Shown here: one piece after another, positions 28,827-37,452 of the stretch
Position numbering within the stretch: the first letter of the stretch is position 1
Layout of the letters: every line of letters begins with the position of its first letter
NCBI GenBank assembly: GCA_028823485.1
Contig: JAPKBG010000003.1
Span: forward strand, 52,898-116,897
Direction of reading: 5' to 3'
Length of the DNA stretch: 64,000 nt
From: Methylophilaceae bacterium
Lineage (GTDB): Bacteria > Pseudomonadota > Gammaproteobacteria > Burkholderiales > Methylophilaceae
Made by a program: the position numbers and the translations under genes
Notes under the pieces: model-generated
The model's input: only the letters and a program-made list of their open reading frames with translations
What the model was told of the DNA's origin: nothing
The model's database searches: none

Positions 28827-30389
28827 TTAAAAAAGTGAAGTTTGCTTAGATGATATTGAGACTTTCTTTTTTGCTTTTTGTTTGTTTTTTTTATGTGATC
28901 TGGAGCCATGTTTTAGTAATACCTTTTCCGTTTCATTTTGATTGCTATTCGGTTGGCTTTTATTATTTTTTCTAGCGATTGATATGTTAGCTTTAGCCTG
29001 CTTTGTTGCTTGTTGAATATCAACTAACGGCAATGGATAGTCTTTATCTAAAATACAGCCATACTGTCGTTGTAGTGAAGTTGGCATGAGATGCGGTTCA
29101 AATATCCAGCTGTCTGGCACACCTTTTAGCGCTGGTATCCAATGTCTTACAAAGGCACCTTTAGGGTCTTGATCACGTGCTTGTTTAATAGGGTTATAAA
29201 TACGTAAAGTATTAATGCCTGTAGAGCCGGATTGCATTTGAACCTGAGACCAATGGATGCCTGGTTCGTAATCTATAAATTCTCTGGCTAGATGTAGGCC
29301 TGTTTCACGCCAATGTAGCCATAGTAAATAGGAAGCTGAACTCATTAGCATGGCGCGCATTCTAAAATTAACCCAACCTGTTTGTCGCAGCATAGCAAGG
29401 CAAGCGTCTACCAGAGGCCATCCAGTTTCACCTTTGCACCATGCAGCCAGACGTTGCCTAGACTTATCATCTGCATAGCCTTCATCTCGTAAGTCATTGT
29501 GCGCACTATGCATGTGCTGGTGTTCAAGTGTTGGTTCACTTTCTAGCTTTTGCATAAAATGGCAATGCCAGTGCAACCGACTTTCGAAACTTCTAAGACC
29601 TAAGGTGAGTGGGTGTTTAGCAATGAAGCCTTCTGCTCGGTTGTTTAAAACCGTGTTGCGACATGCTTGCACGACCTCTCTGACTGAAATGCATCCCCAT
29701 GCGAGATAAGGAGATAAGCGAGAGCTAGCCTCGCTGGCTTTGATTGGGCTAGAAATGCCACCACGATAACGACTTGAACGATGCGTTAGAAAGCTATTTA
29801 ACAATGAAAGCGCCTCCTCCCTGCCACCAATTTGACGTTGTGGTTTATCCTCACCACGTGCTTTACTGATGAGTTGTTTTGGTAGAGCAATGACTGGATG
29901 CTGATGGTTGGTTGTCGATAAGTTTTGCTGCGCAGCACGCATATGCAGTTCCCAATTTGCATGCCATTCATTACGGTTTTTTAAACGCCGTACCACACCA
30001 TTTTGAGCATATTCATGCCATGGTATGCGATGCTTTTCACACCATTTTTTGACAGACTTATCGATGCTATAACTGATTAAGTTACCTGTTTCCTCATGGC
30101 TATGTATGGTTGCGATGGATTGTTGTTTTGATATGGCAATAAGTGTGTCAATAATACCCATTGAAGAAATATCTAAACGAATACCTATTTTTTCTAAAGC
30201 GTGTCTGAGAGACCTAAGACACTCTCCAACAAAGGCTTGTTGGGAGAGAGAGGCATCATCAGCATGCCACATGCCAGGTTCCCAGCAATATAACGCTATT
30301 ATGGGGCCTTGTTTGATTGCGCTTGAGAGCGCCGCCTGATCATGAATACGTAAATCACGTTTAAACCAAACAATATTAATCGGAAGCAT
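28827..30389 (-). CDS. cryptochrome/photolyase family protein (canonical domain order) with a Lys-rich C-terminal tail
   Basis: IVWFKRDLRIHDQAAL N-terminal motif. FAD-domain motifs LSPYLAWGCIS, TGWPLVDACLAMLRQTGWVNFRMR, DYEPGIHWSQVQMQSGSTG, RIYNPIKQ. Tail is ...SHKKNKQKAKKKVSISSKQ. Confidence 0.85.
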   Translation of the reverse strand: MLPINIVWFKRDLRIHDQAALSSAIKQGPIIALYCWEPGMWHADDASLSQQAFVGECLRSLRHALEKIGIRLDISSMGIIDTLIAISKQQSIATIHSHEETGNLISYSIDKSVKKWCEKHRIPWHEYAQNGVVRRLKNRNEWHANWELHMRAAQQNLSTTNHQHPVIALPKQLISKARGEDKPQRQIGGREEALSLLNSFLTHRSSRYRGGISSPIKASEASSRLSPYLAWGCISVREVVQACRNTVLNNRAEGFIAKHPLTLGLRSFESRLHWHCHFMQKLESEPTLEHQHMHSAHNDLRDEGYADDKSRQRLAAWCKGETGWPLVDACLAMLRQTGWVNFRMRAMLMSSASYLLWLHWRETGLHLAREFIDYEPGIHWSQVQMQSGSTGINTLRIYNPIKQARDQDPKGAFVRHWIPALKGVPDSWIFEPHLMPTSLQRQYGCILDKDYPLPLVDIQQATKQAKANISIARKNNKSQPNSNQNETEKVLLKHGSRSHKKNKQKAKKKVSISSKQTSLF

Positions 30390-30600
30390 CAGTCAGAACA
30401 GCCGTTAAATAAATAGGAGGGTCCTTAATAGGACATGGTTCCCAATAAAATTGGTTTTGCATTATTATTGTCGTCTTAACATTTTTTTAATTCTCTATTA
30501 TCACCTTAACTTTATAGCCTGTTCTAAGACTTTCATTTTTTAAATGCAATGAGGGTTAAGTTATTAGTAAGTTAATTTAATAATATTAAGAGGCTTTCGG

Positions 30601-30663
30601 AAGGCTGACCGCGATGTTGGCTTTTTCCATTTATACCTCTGGCTAGCACCGGGCTAGCACTAG
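30601..30663 (+). repeat. third, diverged copy of the tail that follows the tRNA-Phe repeats
   Basis: aaggctgaccgcgatgttggctttttccattt...ctggctagcaccgggctagcactag parallels 24218-24278 (aaagctcacagcgatgtgggttttttcatt...ccggctagcaagggctggtactag). Roughly three-quarters identity by eye. Confidence 0.5.
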
Positions 30664-30739
30664 CCGTTAAACTTCATATAACTTCAACACTCAAACATAT
30701 TCAGTATTTATGTGGCTTCCGAACCATTTCTCATCCAAA

Positions 30740-31064
30740 GATATTGATACGGGCAATTAATCTAAGAAGACTGAATAAAGGTGTCGTGTTTCATTCTGAT
30801 CGTGGCTCCTAATACACCAGTCGGCGCTTTCGTAAGCTGCTGGACAAGAAGGGGTTGCGATCCTCAATGGGAGCTGTTGGCACGTGTTGGGATGCTGCCG
30901 TCATTGAACGGTTCTTCGGTAGCCTGATACGCGATTGGATATTGAAGGCACCCCCAACGAGAAAGCATATGAAAAATGACGTGGCCGCGTATATGCGCTA
31001 CTACAATGTCGATAGATTGCATTCAGCCAATGACGACCTATCGAAGATGAGGTTTGAGTAGCCC
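30740..31064 (+). pseudogene. 3' half of an IS3-family transposase (orfB), 5'-truncated with an in-frame stop
   Basis: ...RAINLRRLNKGVVFHSDRGS*YTSRRFRKLLDKKGLRSSMGAVGTCWDAAVIERFFGSL...YYNVDRLHSA. TAA at 30810-30812 replaces the Q of the DDE-region motif HSDRGSQY. Confidence 0.75.
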
Positions 31065-31168
31065 TAATTGAAAGTGTCCACTACGACTTGACCAGAACAA
31101 GTTTGTAAGTAATGCTTTGTCGCTACGACTGATTAAGCATACAATTAAATCATAGGCTGAGGAGGTTC

Positions 31169-32689
31169 TTGGTGGGACATTTATCATCATTCGTATTTAA
31201 TACTATAGAGATACTGGTCTATCTGTTTATTTTTGTCGCAGGGCTGGCATTTGTCACCCTTGTCACTTTTTACATTATTGACCGCTTCCAAACCAAAAGC
31301 ACACTCAGACGTAACTATCCCGTCATCGCCAGATTTCGCTACTTGTTTGAACACATGGGTGAGTTTTTTAGGCAATACTTTTTTGCGCAAGATCGTGAAG
31401 AAATGCCGTTTAATCGCGCCGAGCGTTCATGGGTTTATCGCGCTGCGAAAAATGTGGATAGCACAGTCGCCTTTGGTTCGTCTCGCGTCTTAACCGACCC
31501 AGGCACTGTCTTCTTTGTGAACTGCCCGTTCCCTACTTTAGCAGAGGATAATGTAGCGCCAGAACCCGTGACCATTGGCCCTTATTGCAAGTACCCATAC
31601 ACCACAGCATCCTTATTTAACATCTCAGGCATGAGCTATGGCGCTCTGTCTATCCCAGCTGTACGTGCGCTATCCAAAGGGGCAAAAATGGCTGGCATTT
31701 GGATGAATACTGGTGAAGGTGGTTTGTCGCCTTATCACTTAGATGGCGGTGCAGATATCGTTTTCCAAATTGGTACCGCAAAATTTGGTGTGCGAAAAAA
31801 AGAAGGTGGCTTTGATGAAGAAAAACTCAAAGCAGTCGCACAACACCCAGAAGTAAAAATGTTTGAAATTAAACTCAGTCAAGGTGCTAAGCCTGGTAAA
31901 GGCGGTATTTTACCTGGTGCGAAGGTGTGCAAAGAAATTGCTGAAATTCGCGGCTTAACCGTTGGGCAAGATGCCATCAGCCCTAATCGCCACCCAGAAA
32001 TTAATCATGTTGATGATCTGCTAGACATGATTAATTACATTCGGACAACAACGGGTAAGCCTGTCGGCTTTAAAGCGGTTGTCGGGGCAACCAGTTTTTT
32101 CGATAATTTGTTTGCAGCGGTTAATGAACGTGGCCGAGAAAGTGCACCAGATTTCATGACGATTGATAGTGCGGATGGTGGCTCTGGCGCCGCACCAATG
32201 AGCTTAATCGACAACATGGGTCTCCCACTAAAAGAAAGCTTACCTTTGGTTGTCGACAAGCTCATTGAGTATGACTTACGTGACCGCATTAAAGTCTGTG
32301 CCAGCGGCAAGCTCATTACCCCAGCAGAGGCGACTTGGGCATTCTGTGCAGGGGCAGATTTCGTTAACTCAGCCCGTGGCTTTATGTTTGCATTAGGTTG
32401 TATTCAAGCCTTGCAATGCAATAAAAACACCTGTCCTACAGGTATTACCACCCACAATAAAAAACTGCAATATGGTTTAAACCCTGAAGATAAAGCCGTA
32501 CGCGTTATGCAATATGCACAAAACATGCAAAAAGAAATTTGCGTGCTCGCACAGGCTTGCGGCGTATCTACACCGCGCCAGCTTAAACGTAAACATGCAC
32601 GAATTGTGCAGGCCAACGGAAAGTCTGTCAGTATGATGGAGCTGAATCCGGAACCAATCTCTAATAGCATGAAGCGGAAAAAAAATTAG
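31169..32689 (+). CDS. FMN-binding glutamate synthase family protein (GltB central-domain homologue) with an N-terminal TM anchor
   Basis: 506 aa, GTG start. Hydrophobic N-terminus, then ...FNISGMSYGALS..., KLSQGAKPGKGGILPG, IDSADGGSGAAP motifs typical of the family. Confidence 0.85.
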   Translation: MVGHLSSFVFNTIEILVYLFIFVAGLAFVTLVTFYIIDRFQTKSTLRRNYPVIARFRYLFEHMGEFFRQYFFAQDREEMPFNRAERSWVYRAAKNVDSTVAFGSSRVLTDPGTVFFVNCPFPTLAEDNVAPEPVTIGPYCKYPYTTASLFNISGMSYGALSIPAVRALSKGAKMAGIWMNTGEGGLSPYHLDGGADIVFQIGTAKFGVRKKEGGFDEEKLKAVAQHPEVKMFEIKLSQGAKPGKGGILPGAKVCKEIAEIRGLTVGQDAISPNRHPEINHVDDLLDMINYIRTTTGKPVGFKAVVGATSFFDNLFAAVNERGRESAPDFMTIDSADGGSGAAPMSLIDNMGLPLKESLPLVVDKLIEYDLRDRIKVCASGKLITPAEATWAFCAGADFVNSARGFMFALGCIQALQCNKNTCPTGITTHNKKLQYGLNPEDKAVRVMQYAQNMQKEICVLAQACGVSTPRQLKRKHARIVQANGKSVSMMELNPEPISNSMKRKKN

Positions 32690-32748
32690 AGGATATTATT
32701 AACCTACAAAGTCGTACGAATGTTTAAATAAGCGAGAAAGAACTCATC

Positions 32749-34425
32749 ATGACTCAACCAACATCAGCATCCCAAATGAATGCCTCTGATTTATTTATTA
32801 AAGCCTTAGAAAATGAAGGTGTCGAAAGAATTTACGGCGTTCCCGGCGAAGAGAATATAGATTTTCTAGAGGCCATGCGTAAATCGAGTATTGAATTGAT
32901 TTTGACACGCCATGAACAGGGGGCCGCATTTATGGCTGCGACTTATGGCCGACTGACAGGCAAACCAGGTGTTTGTATGGCGACCTTAGGTCCCGGTGCA
33001 ACCAACTTAGTCACAGGTGGTGCTTATGCCCAGTTGGGTGGTTTTCCGCTCGTGATGATTACTGGGCAAAAACCAATTAAGCACAGCAAACAAGGTCAGT
33101 TTCAAATTATTGATATTGTCAGCATGATGAAACCGATTACCAAGTATGCCAAACAAATTGTGAATGTTGATATGATTCCCTCTATGGTACGCGAAGCCTT
33201 TCGCCTTGCGGTTGAAGAGCGCCCAGGTGCGGTATTTTTAGAGCTGCCAGAAGACGTTGCAGCTGAAGCTGTCAATGATAAGACCACCCCAATATTTACG
33301 GCAAGTAAACGTCGTTATGCCCATGCGGATCGCGATATTCTAGAGATTGCCACCCAAATGATCAAGAAGGCCAAGCACCCTTTACTCATGGTGGGCGCAG
33401 GTGCCAATCGTGCACGTATTTGGCAAGCATTATCAGACTTTGTCACACGTACAGGCATCCCCTATGTGAACACCCAAATGGGTAAAGGCGTAATTTATGG
33501 CCATGCAGATACTTTCCTTGGTACCGCAGCTTTATCTGATGGTGACTACGTGCATTGTGCGATTGATCATGCTGATTTAATCATTAATGTCGGACATGAT
33601 GTCGTAGAAAAACCACCGTTCTTTATGGTGCATGGTGGCGCACAAGTTATTCATGTGAACTTTAAATCTGCGCAAGTCGACAATGTCTATTTTCCACAAT
33701 TAGAAGTGGTCGGCGACATTGCCACCTCTATCCAGCGCATTGCTAATCGCGTAGAAAAAACGGAAAGCCATGACTTCTCTTACTTCATCAAAGTACGCGA
33801 ACATGTGCAAGCGCATATTCAAGAAGGCAAAGACGATACTAGCTTTCCGATGAAGCCACAACGGTTTGTTGCTGATGTGCGAAAGGCTATGCCAGACGAT
33901 GGCATTATCGCGCTGGATAATGGCGTTTATAAAGTATGGTTTGCACGCAACTACCATACCTGCAGACCCAACACCGTGCTACTTGATAATGCACTGGCCA
34001 CCATGGGGGCGGGATTACCATCAGCGATGGAGGCGGCTCGCTTAAATCCTGATCGTAAAGTTATGGCGATTTGTGGCGATGGTGGTTTTATGATGAATAG
34101 TCAGGAAATGGAAACAGCCGTCCGCTTGAAATTAAATTTAGTCGTCCTCATTCTAAATGACAACTCATTTGGCATGATTCGCTGGAAACAATACGCCGCA
34201 GGCTATGAAGATTTTGGGCTAGAATTTAATAATCCTGATTTTGTGATGTATGCCAATAGTTATGGTGCAACCGGTCATCGGGTTGAAAGTGTTGACAGTT
34301 TTATTCCGCTGATTGATCGCTGTTATGAGGAGGGGGGTGTCCACCTCATCGAGTTGCCTGTCGATTATTCAGAAAACAATAAAGTATTAATTGATGAGCT
34401 AAAAGAAAAAGTTTGCATCATATGA
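32749..34425 (+). CDS. ThDP-dependent acetolactate synthase large-subunit-like enzyme (AlsS-like)
   Basis: 558 aa. ...GVERIYGVPGEENIDFLEA...ILTRHEQGAAFMAATYGRLTGKPGVCMATLGPGATNL..., and the ThDP motif GDGGFMMNSQE...LNDN. Confidence 0.85.
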   Translation: MTQPTSASQMNASDLFIKALENEGVERIYGVPGEENIDFLEAMRKSSIELILTRHEQGAAFMAATYGRLTGKPGVCMATLGPGATNLVTGGAYAQLGGFPLVMITGQKPIKHSKQGQFQIIDIVSMMKPITKYAKQIVNVDMIPSMVREAFRLAVEERPGAVFLELPEDVAAEAVNDKTTPIFTASKRRYAHADRDILEIATQMIKKAKHPLLMVGAGANRARIWQALSDFVTRTGIPYVNTQMGKGVIYGHADTFLGTAALSDGDYVHCAIDHADLIINVGHDVVEKPPFFMVHGGAQVIHVNFKSAQVDNVYFPQLEVVGDIATSIQRIANRVEKTESHDFSYFIKVREHVQAHIQEGKDDTSFPMKPQRFVADVRKAMPDDGIIALDNGVYKVWFARNYHTCRPNTVLLDNALATMGAGLPSAMEAARLNPDRKVMAICGDGGFMMNSQEMETAVRLKLNLVVLILNDNSFGMIRWKQYAAGYEDFGLEFNNPDFVMYANSYGATGHRVESVDSFIPLIDRCYEEGGVHLIELPVDYSENNKVLIDELKEKVCII

Positions 34426-35831
34426 CCAATACAAAGCAACGCGAACAATTAGCCGTTACCTCCCCTTTTAATGGTGACGTCATCAACACCATCCCAATGC
34501 AGAACCTGGATGATGCCAATGCCATGCTTGCATCAGCAAACGCATTATTTAGAAATAAAACAGCTTGGTTAGCCCACCATGAACGCGCGGCTATCTTGAA
34601 AAAGTTAGCTGGCTTAGTCGAAGATGAAGGTGAACAGTTCGCGCTACTCATTGCGCAAGAAGGCGGCAAGCCGATTATGGATGCACGTGTTGAAGTGGCA
34701 CGTGCGATAGGCGGTATTTTATTAGCCGTTAAAGAATTGAGTCATGTCATGCGGGGTGAAGAAGTGCCCATGGGGCATACTGCAGCTTCTATTGGCAGAA
34801 CTGCACACACAAGCTATGAACCGATTGGCGTGGTCGTCGCCATCAGCGCGTTTAATCATCCATTGAACCTCATTGTGCATCAAGTCGTACCCGCGATTGC
34901 AGTCGGCTGCCCTGTGATTGTAAAACCGTCACACATCACGCCGCTGAACTGCAAACGCTTTATTGAGCTAGTTCACGCAGCGGGTCTTCCAGAAGCATGG
35001 TGCCAAATATGTGTCTGTGATAACGAAGTGGCTGAAGTGTTAGTCACCAGTCCTGATATTGGCTTCTTTAGTTTTATTGGTTCAGCTAAAGTCGGTTGGT
35101 GGCTAAAAAGCAAACTCGCACCTGGTGTGCGTTGCGCATTAGAACATGGCGGTGTTGCACCAGTCATTATCGACCAAACAGCTAATTTAACGAAAACCAT
35201 CCCTTCGCTACTCAAAGGTGGCTTTTATCATGCAGGGCAAGTCTGTGTTTCCGTACAGCGGATTTTTGTTCATGCCTCACTCATCGAGTCAGTGGCAAAA
35301 CAACTCGCAGACGGTGCAGAAAAACTCATTGTCGGCGACCCAACAAACGACCATACCGAGGTTGGCCCACTCATTCTAACTAAAGAAGTTGACCGCGTTG
35401 AAGCCTGGGTCAATGAAGCCGTCAACACAGGTGCTAGTTTACTCATGGGCGGTCAAAGACTAAGCGATACGACCTATGCTCCTACCGTGTTATTGAATCC
35501 TCCAGCGAAGGCAAAAGTATCGTCCATGGAAGTGTTTGGCCCTGTTATTTGTCTTTACGCATATACCGACATATCGGATGCCATTGCAGCAGCGAATAGT
35601 TTAGACTTTTCCTTCCAAGCAGCGGTTTATACCAGTGATTTACGGATAGCAAACTACTGTATCAAACAGCTAGATGCAACCGCTGTGATGGTGAATGACC
35701 ACACGGCATTTCGTGTAGATTGGATGCCATTCGCAGGCCGTAAACATTCAGGTTATGGCATTGGCGGCATTGGTTACACCATGCATGACATGGTGCAATT
35801 AAAGATGGCCATTGTGAATGATTTAGGCTAA
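34422..35831 (+). CDS. NAD(P)-dependent aldehyde dehydrogenase family protein
   Basis: ATGA overlap with the upstream stop. ALDH motifs ...FNHPLNL..., LEHGGVAP (catalytic Glu region), GQVCVSVQRIFV (catalytic Cys), and EVFGPV. Confidence 0.85.
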   Translation: MTNTKQREQLAVTSPFNGDVINTIPMQNLDDANAMLASANALFRNKTAWLAHHERAAILKKLAGLVEDEGEQFALLIAQEGGKPIMDARVEVARAIGGILLAVKELSHVMRGEEVPMGHTAASIGRTAHTSYEPIGVVVAISAFNHPLNLIVHQVVPAIAVGCPVIVKPSHITPLNCKRFIELVHAAGLPEAWCQICVCDNEVAEVLVTSPDIGFFSFIGSAKVGWWLKSKLAPGVRCALEHGGVAPVIIDQTANLTKTIPSLLKGGFYHAGQVCVSVQRIFVHASLIESVAKQLADGAEKLIVGDPTNDHTEVGPLILTKEVDRVEAWVNEAVNTGASLLMGGQRLSDTTYAPTVLLNPPAKAKVSSMEVFGPVICLYAYTDISDAIAAANSLDFSFQAAVYTSDLRIANYCIKQLDATAVMVNDHTAFRVDWMPFAGRKHSGYGIGGIGYTMHDMVQLKMAIVNDLG

Positions 35832-36265
35832 GCGCCTAAAGCTAGGTTGCTGGATATAATCACCTCATTCGAAGTGAGTAATATCTCACGTAAGAAACAT
35901 AATAGCGCCACAATAATCGCACCCATTGAAGAGATAAAGCTCCAGAACACCATATACGGCATACTAAAGCCTGACTCAACCAAAACAAATAAACTCGCAA
36001 TCGACACACAAACCAGCAGCGCCCCTAATGTGGCAAAGCCAATCGTGACACGCAACCAAGTAATGCGTTTCACGGTTAATTCGAACTTGTGCTCCTGGCG
36101 TTTTTCTGGAGCTAAGGCATTAACGATTCTTGCACGGACAATAGCACGACCTAAACGCCCCACCATTACATTTAAAATTGAGCCAATCCTCGTGAGTAAA
36201 AAAACAGGCGCAACAGCATTGAGAATGGCTTCTGAAACGAGGCGAATGTCAGTAATGGGTGTCAT
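35828..36265 (-). CDS. DUF2721 membrane protein
   Basis: 145 aa, 3 TM segments. ...AVAPVFLLTRIGSILNVMVGRLGRAIVRAR... matches the DUF2721 pattern. The opposite-strand ORF 35847..36293 is rejected. Confidence 0.7.
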   Translation of the reverse strand: MTPITDIRLVSEAILNAVAPVFLLTRIGSILNVMVGRLGRAIVRARIVNALAPEKRQEHKFELTVKRITWLRVTIGFATLGALLVCVSIASLFVLVESGFSMPYMVFWSFISSMGAIIVALLCFLREILLTSNEVIISSNLALGA

Positions 36266-36459
36266 GGTCGTATGTAAAAAATCTAGAGACTAAAAATAGC
36301 GCACGAATACATTAATTCAAAAAATAAGAAATACTTACCCAGCCACCTAATACGAACCTTATAAAACACTACAGAATACGGTACTATTTTCTTACAAGAC
36401 AAATGTTCTGTATTAATATAGACAGCTGGCATGATTAATTAATAAAACAGAATGTTTTT

Positions 36460-37356
36460 ATGGCTAAATTGAATTTTAATCACTTGTATTATTTTTGGAT
36501 GATTGCCAAAGAAGGCAATTTGAGTCGTGCTGCCAAAAAGCTTTTTATTTCACAATCAGCATTATCTACGCAGCTTAAAAAGCTAGAAGATCAAGTCAAA
36601 AAGCCGTTATTCCACCGTGAAGGACGAGTGCTTAAACTGACCGAAGCAGGGCAGCTCACGTTAACGTATGCAGATAAAATGTTTACCTTGGGTCATGAAC
36701 TTAATAGCTTGCTAAAAGGCAACCTACCGGCAAGCCGCACCAGCTTAAAGATAGGGGTTAATGCCTCTTTATCTAGAAATTTTGTTGAGAATTTCATTCG
36801 GCCCATACTCACCAAAGAAGATATTGAGCTAGTAATCGACTCTGGTAATCAAGAAGAATTGCTCAATCGATTAAATACCCATCAAATTGACTTAGTCCTG
36901 AGTAACTTCAGGCCAAACCCTAATATTCAATTCGCCATCAAATCCAAATTAATTGCGAAACAACAAATGAGTATTGTGGGTAAACCATTAAAAGAAAACC
37001 AAACATTTGACTTCACCAAAGACCTCAAGAACTATCAATTGCTGTTACCTGGGAACGGCACTGAAATTAGAGCTAGATTCGACCAAGTGTGTGATGCAGA
37101 AAACGTTGATTACAACATCATGGCTGAAATTAACGATATGCCGACGTTGAGGCTATTAGCGAGAGACTCAAACTGCCTTGCTTTACTGCCTATCGTTGTT
37201 GTACAAGATGAAATTAAAAATAGTGTCCTTGCCGAATATTGCAAGATTCCAAGCCTTTTCGAAAACTTCTACGCCATCTCTTTAAAAAGACACTATGAAC
37301 CTGAAGCGGTAAAAGCATTACTCAATCGCGAAGCAGAAGAAATATTATCTATTTAA
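36460..37356 (+). CDS. LysR-family transcriptional regulator (NhaR-like)
   Basis: LNFNHLYYFWMIAKEGNLSRAAKKLFISQSALSTQLKKLE, a winged-HTH resembling the E. coli NhaR N-terminus. Confidence 0.9.
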   Translation: MAKLNFNHLYYFWMIAKEGNLSRAAKKLFISQSALSTQLKKLEDQVKKPLFHREGRVLKLTEAGQLTLTYADKMFTLGHELNSLLKGNLPASRTSLKIGVNASLSRNFVENFIRPILTKEDIELVIDSGNQEELLNRLNTHQIDLVLSNFRPNPNIQFAIKSKLIAKQQMSIVGKPLKENQTFDFTKDLKNYQLLLPGNGTEIRARFDQVCDAENVDYNIMAEINDMPTLRLLARDSNCLALLPIVVVQDEIKNSVLAEYCKIPSLFENFYAISLKRHYEPEAVKALLNREAEEILSI

Positions 37357-37452
37357 TATGAAGCCACATATTCAGGCTGACTATCATTGCAGAATCGAAC
37401 CTTAACGCATAAACTACTGTCAACTTTGTAATCTTTTCATCTGAGCATCTCT

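Noticed and set aside
35847-36293. 148-aa plus-strand ORF overlapping the DUF2721 gene almost completely.
   Set aside because: The minus-strand product shows the DUF2721 membrane pattern (3 TM segments and the conserved GRLGR region). The plus-strand product has no features.
36360-36459. Three occurrences of ACAGAAY (two direct, one inverted) upstream of the LysR gene, as a possible LysR-type T-N11-A box.
   Set aside because: The motif is short, the background is AT-rich, and the spacing does not give a clear T-N11-A dyad. Support is insufficient.
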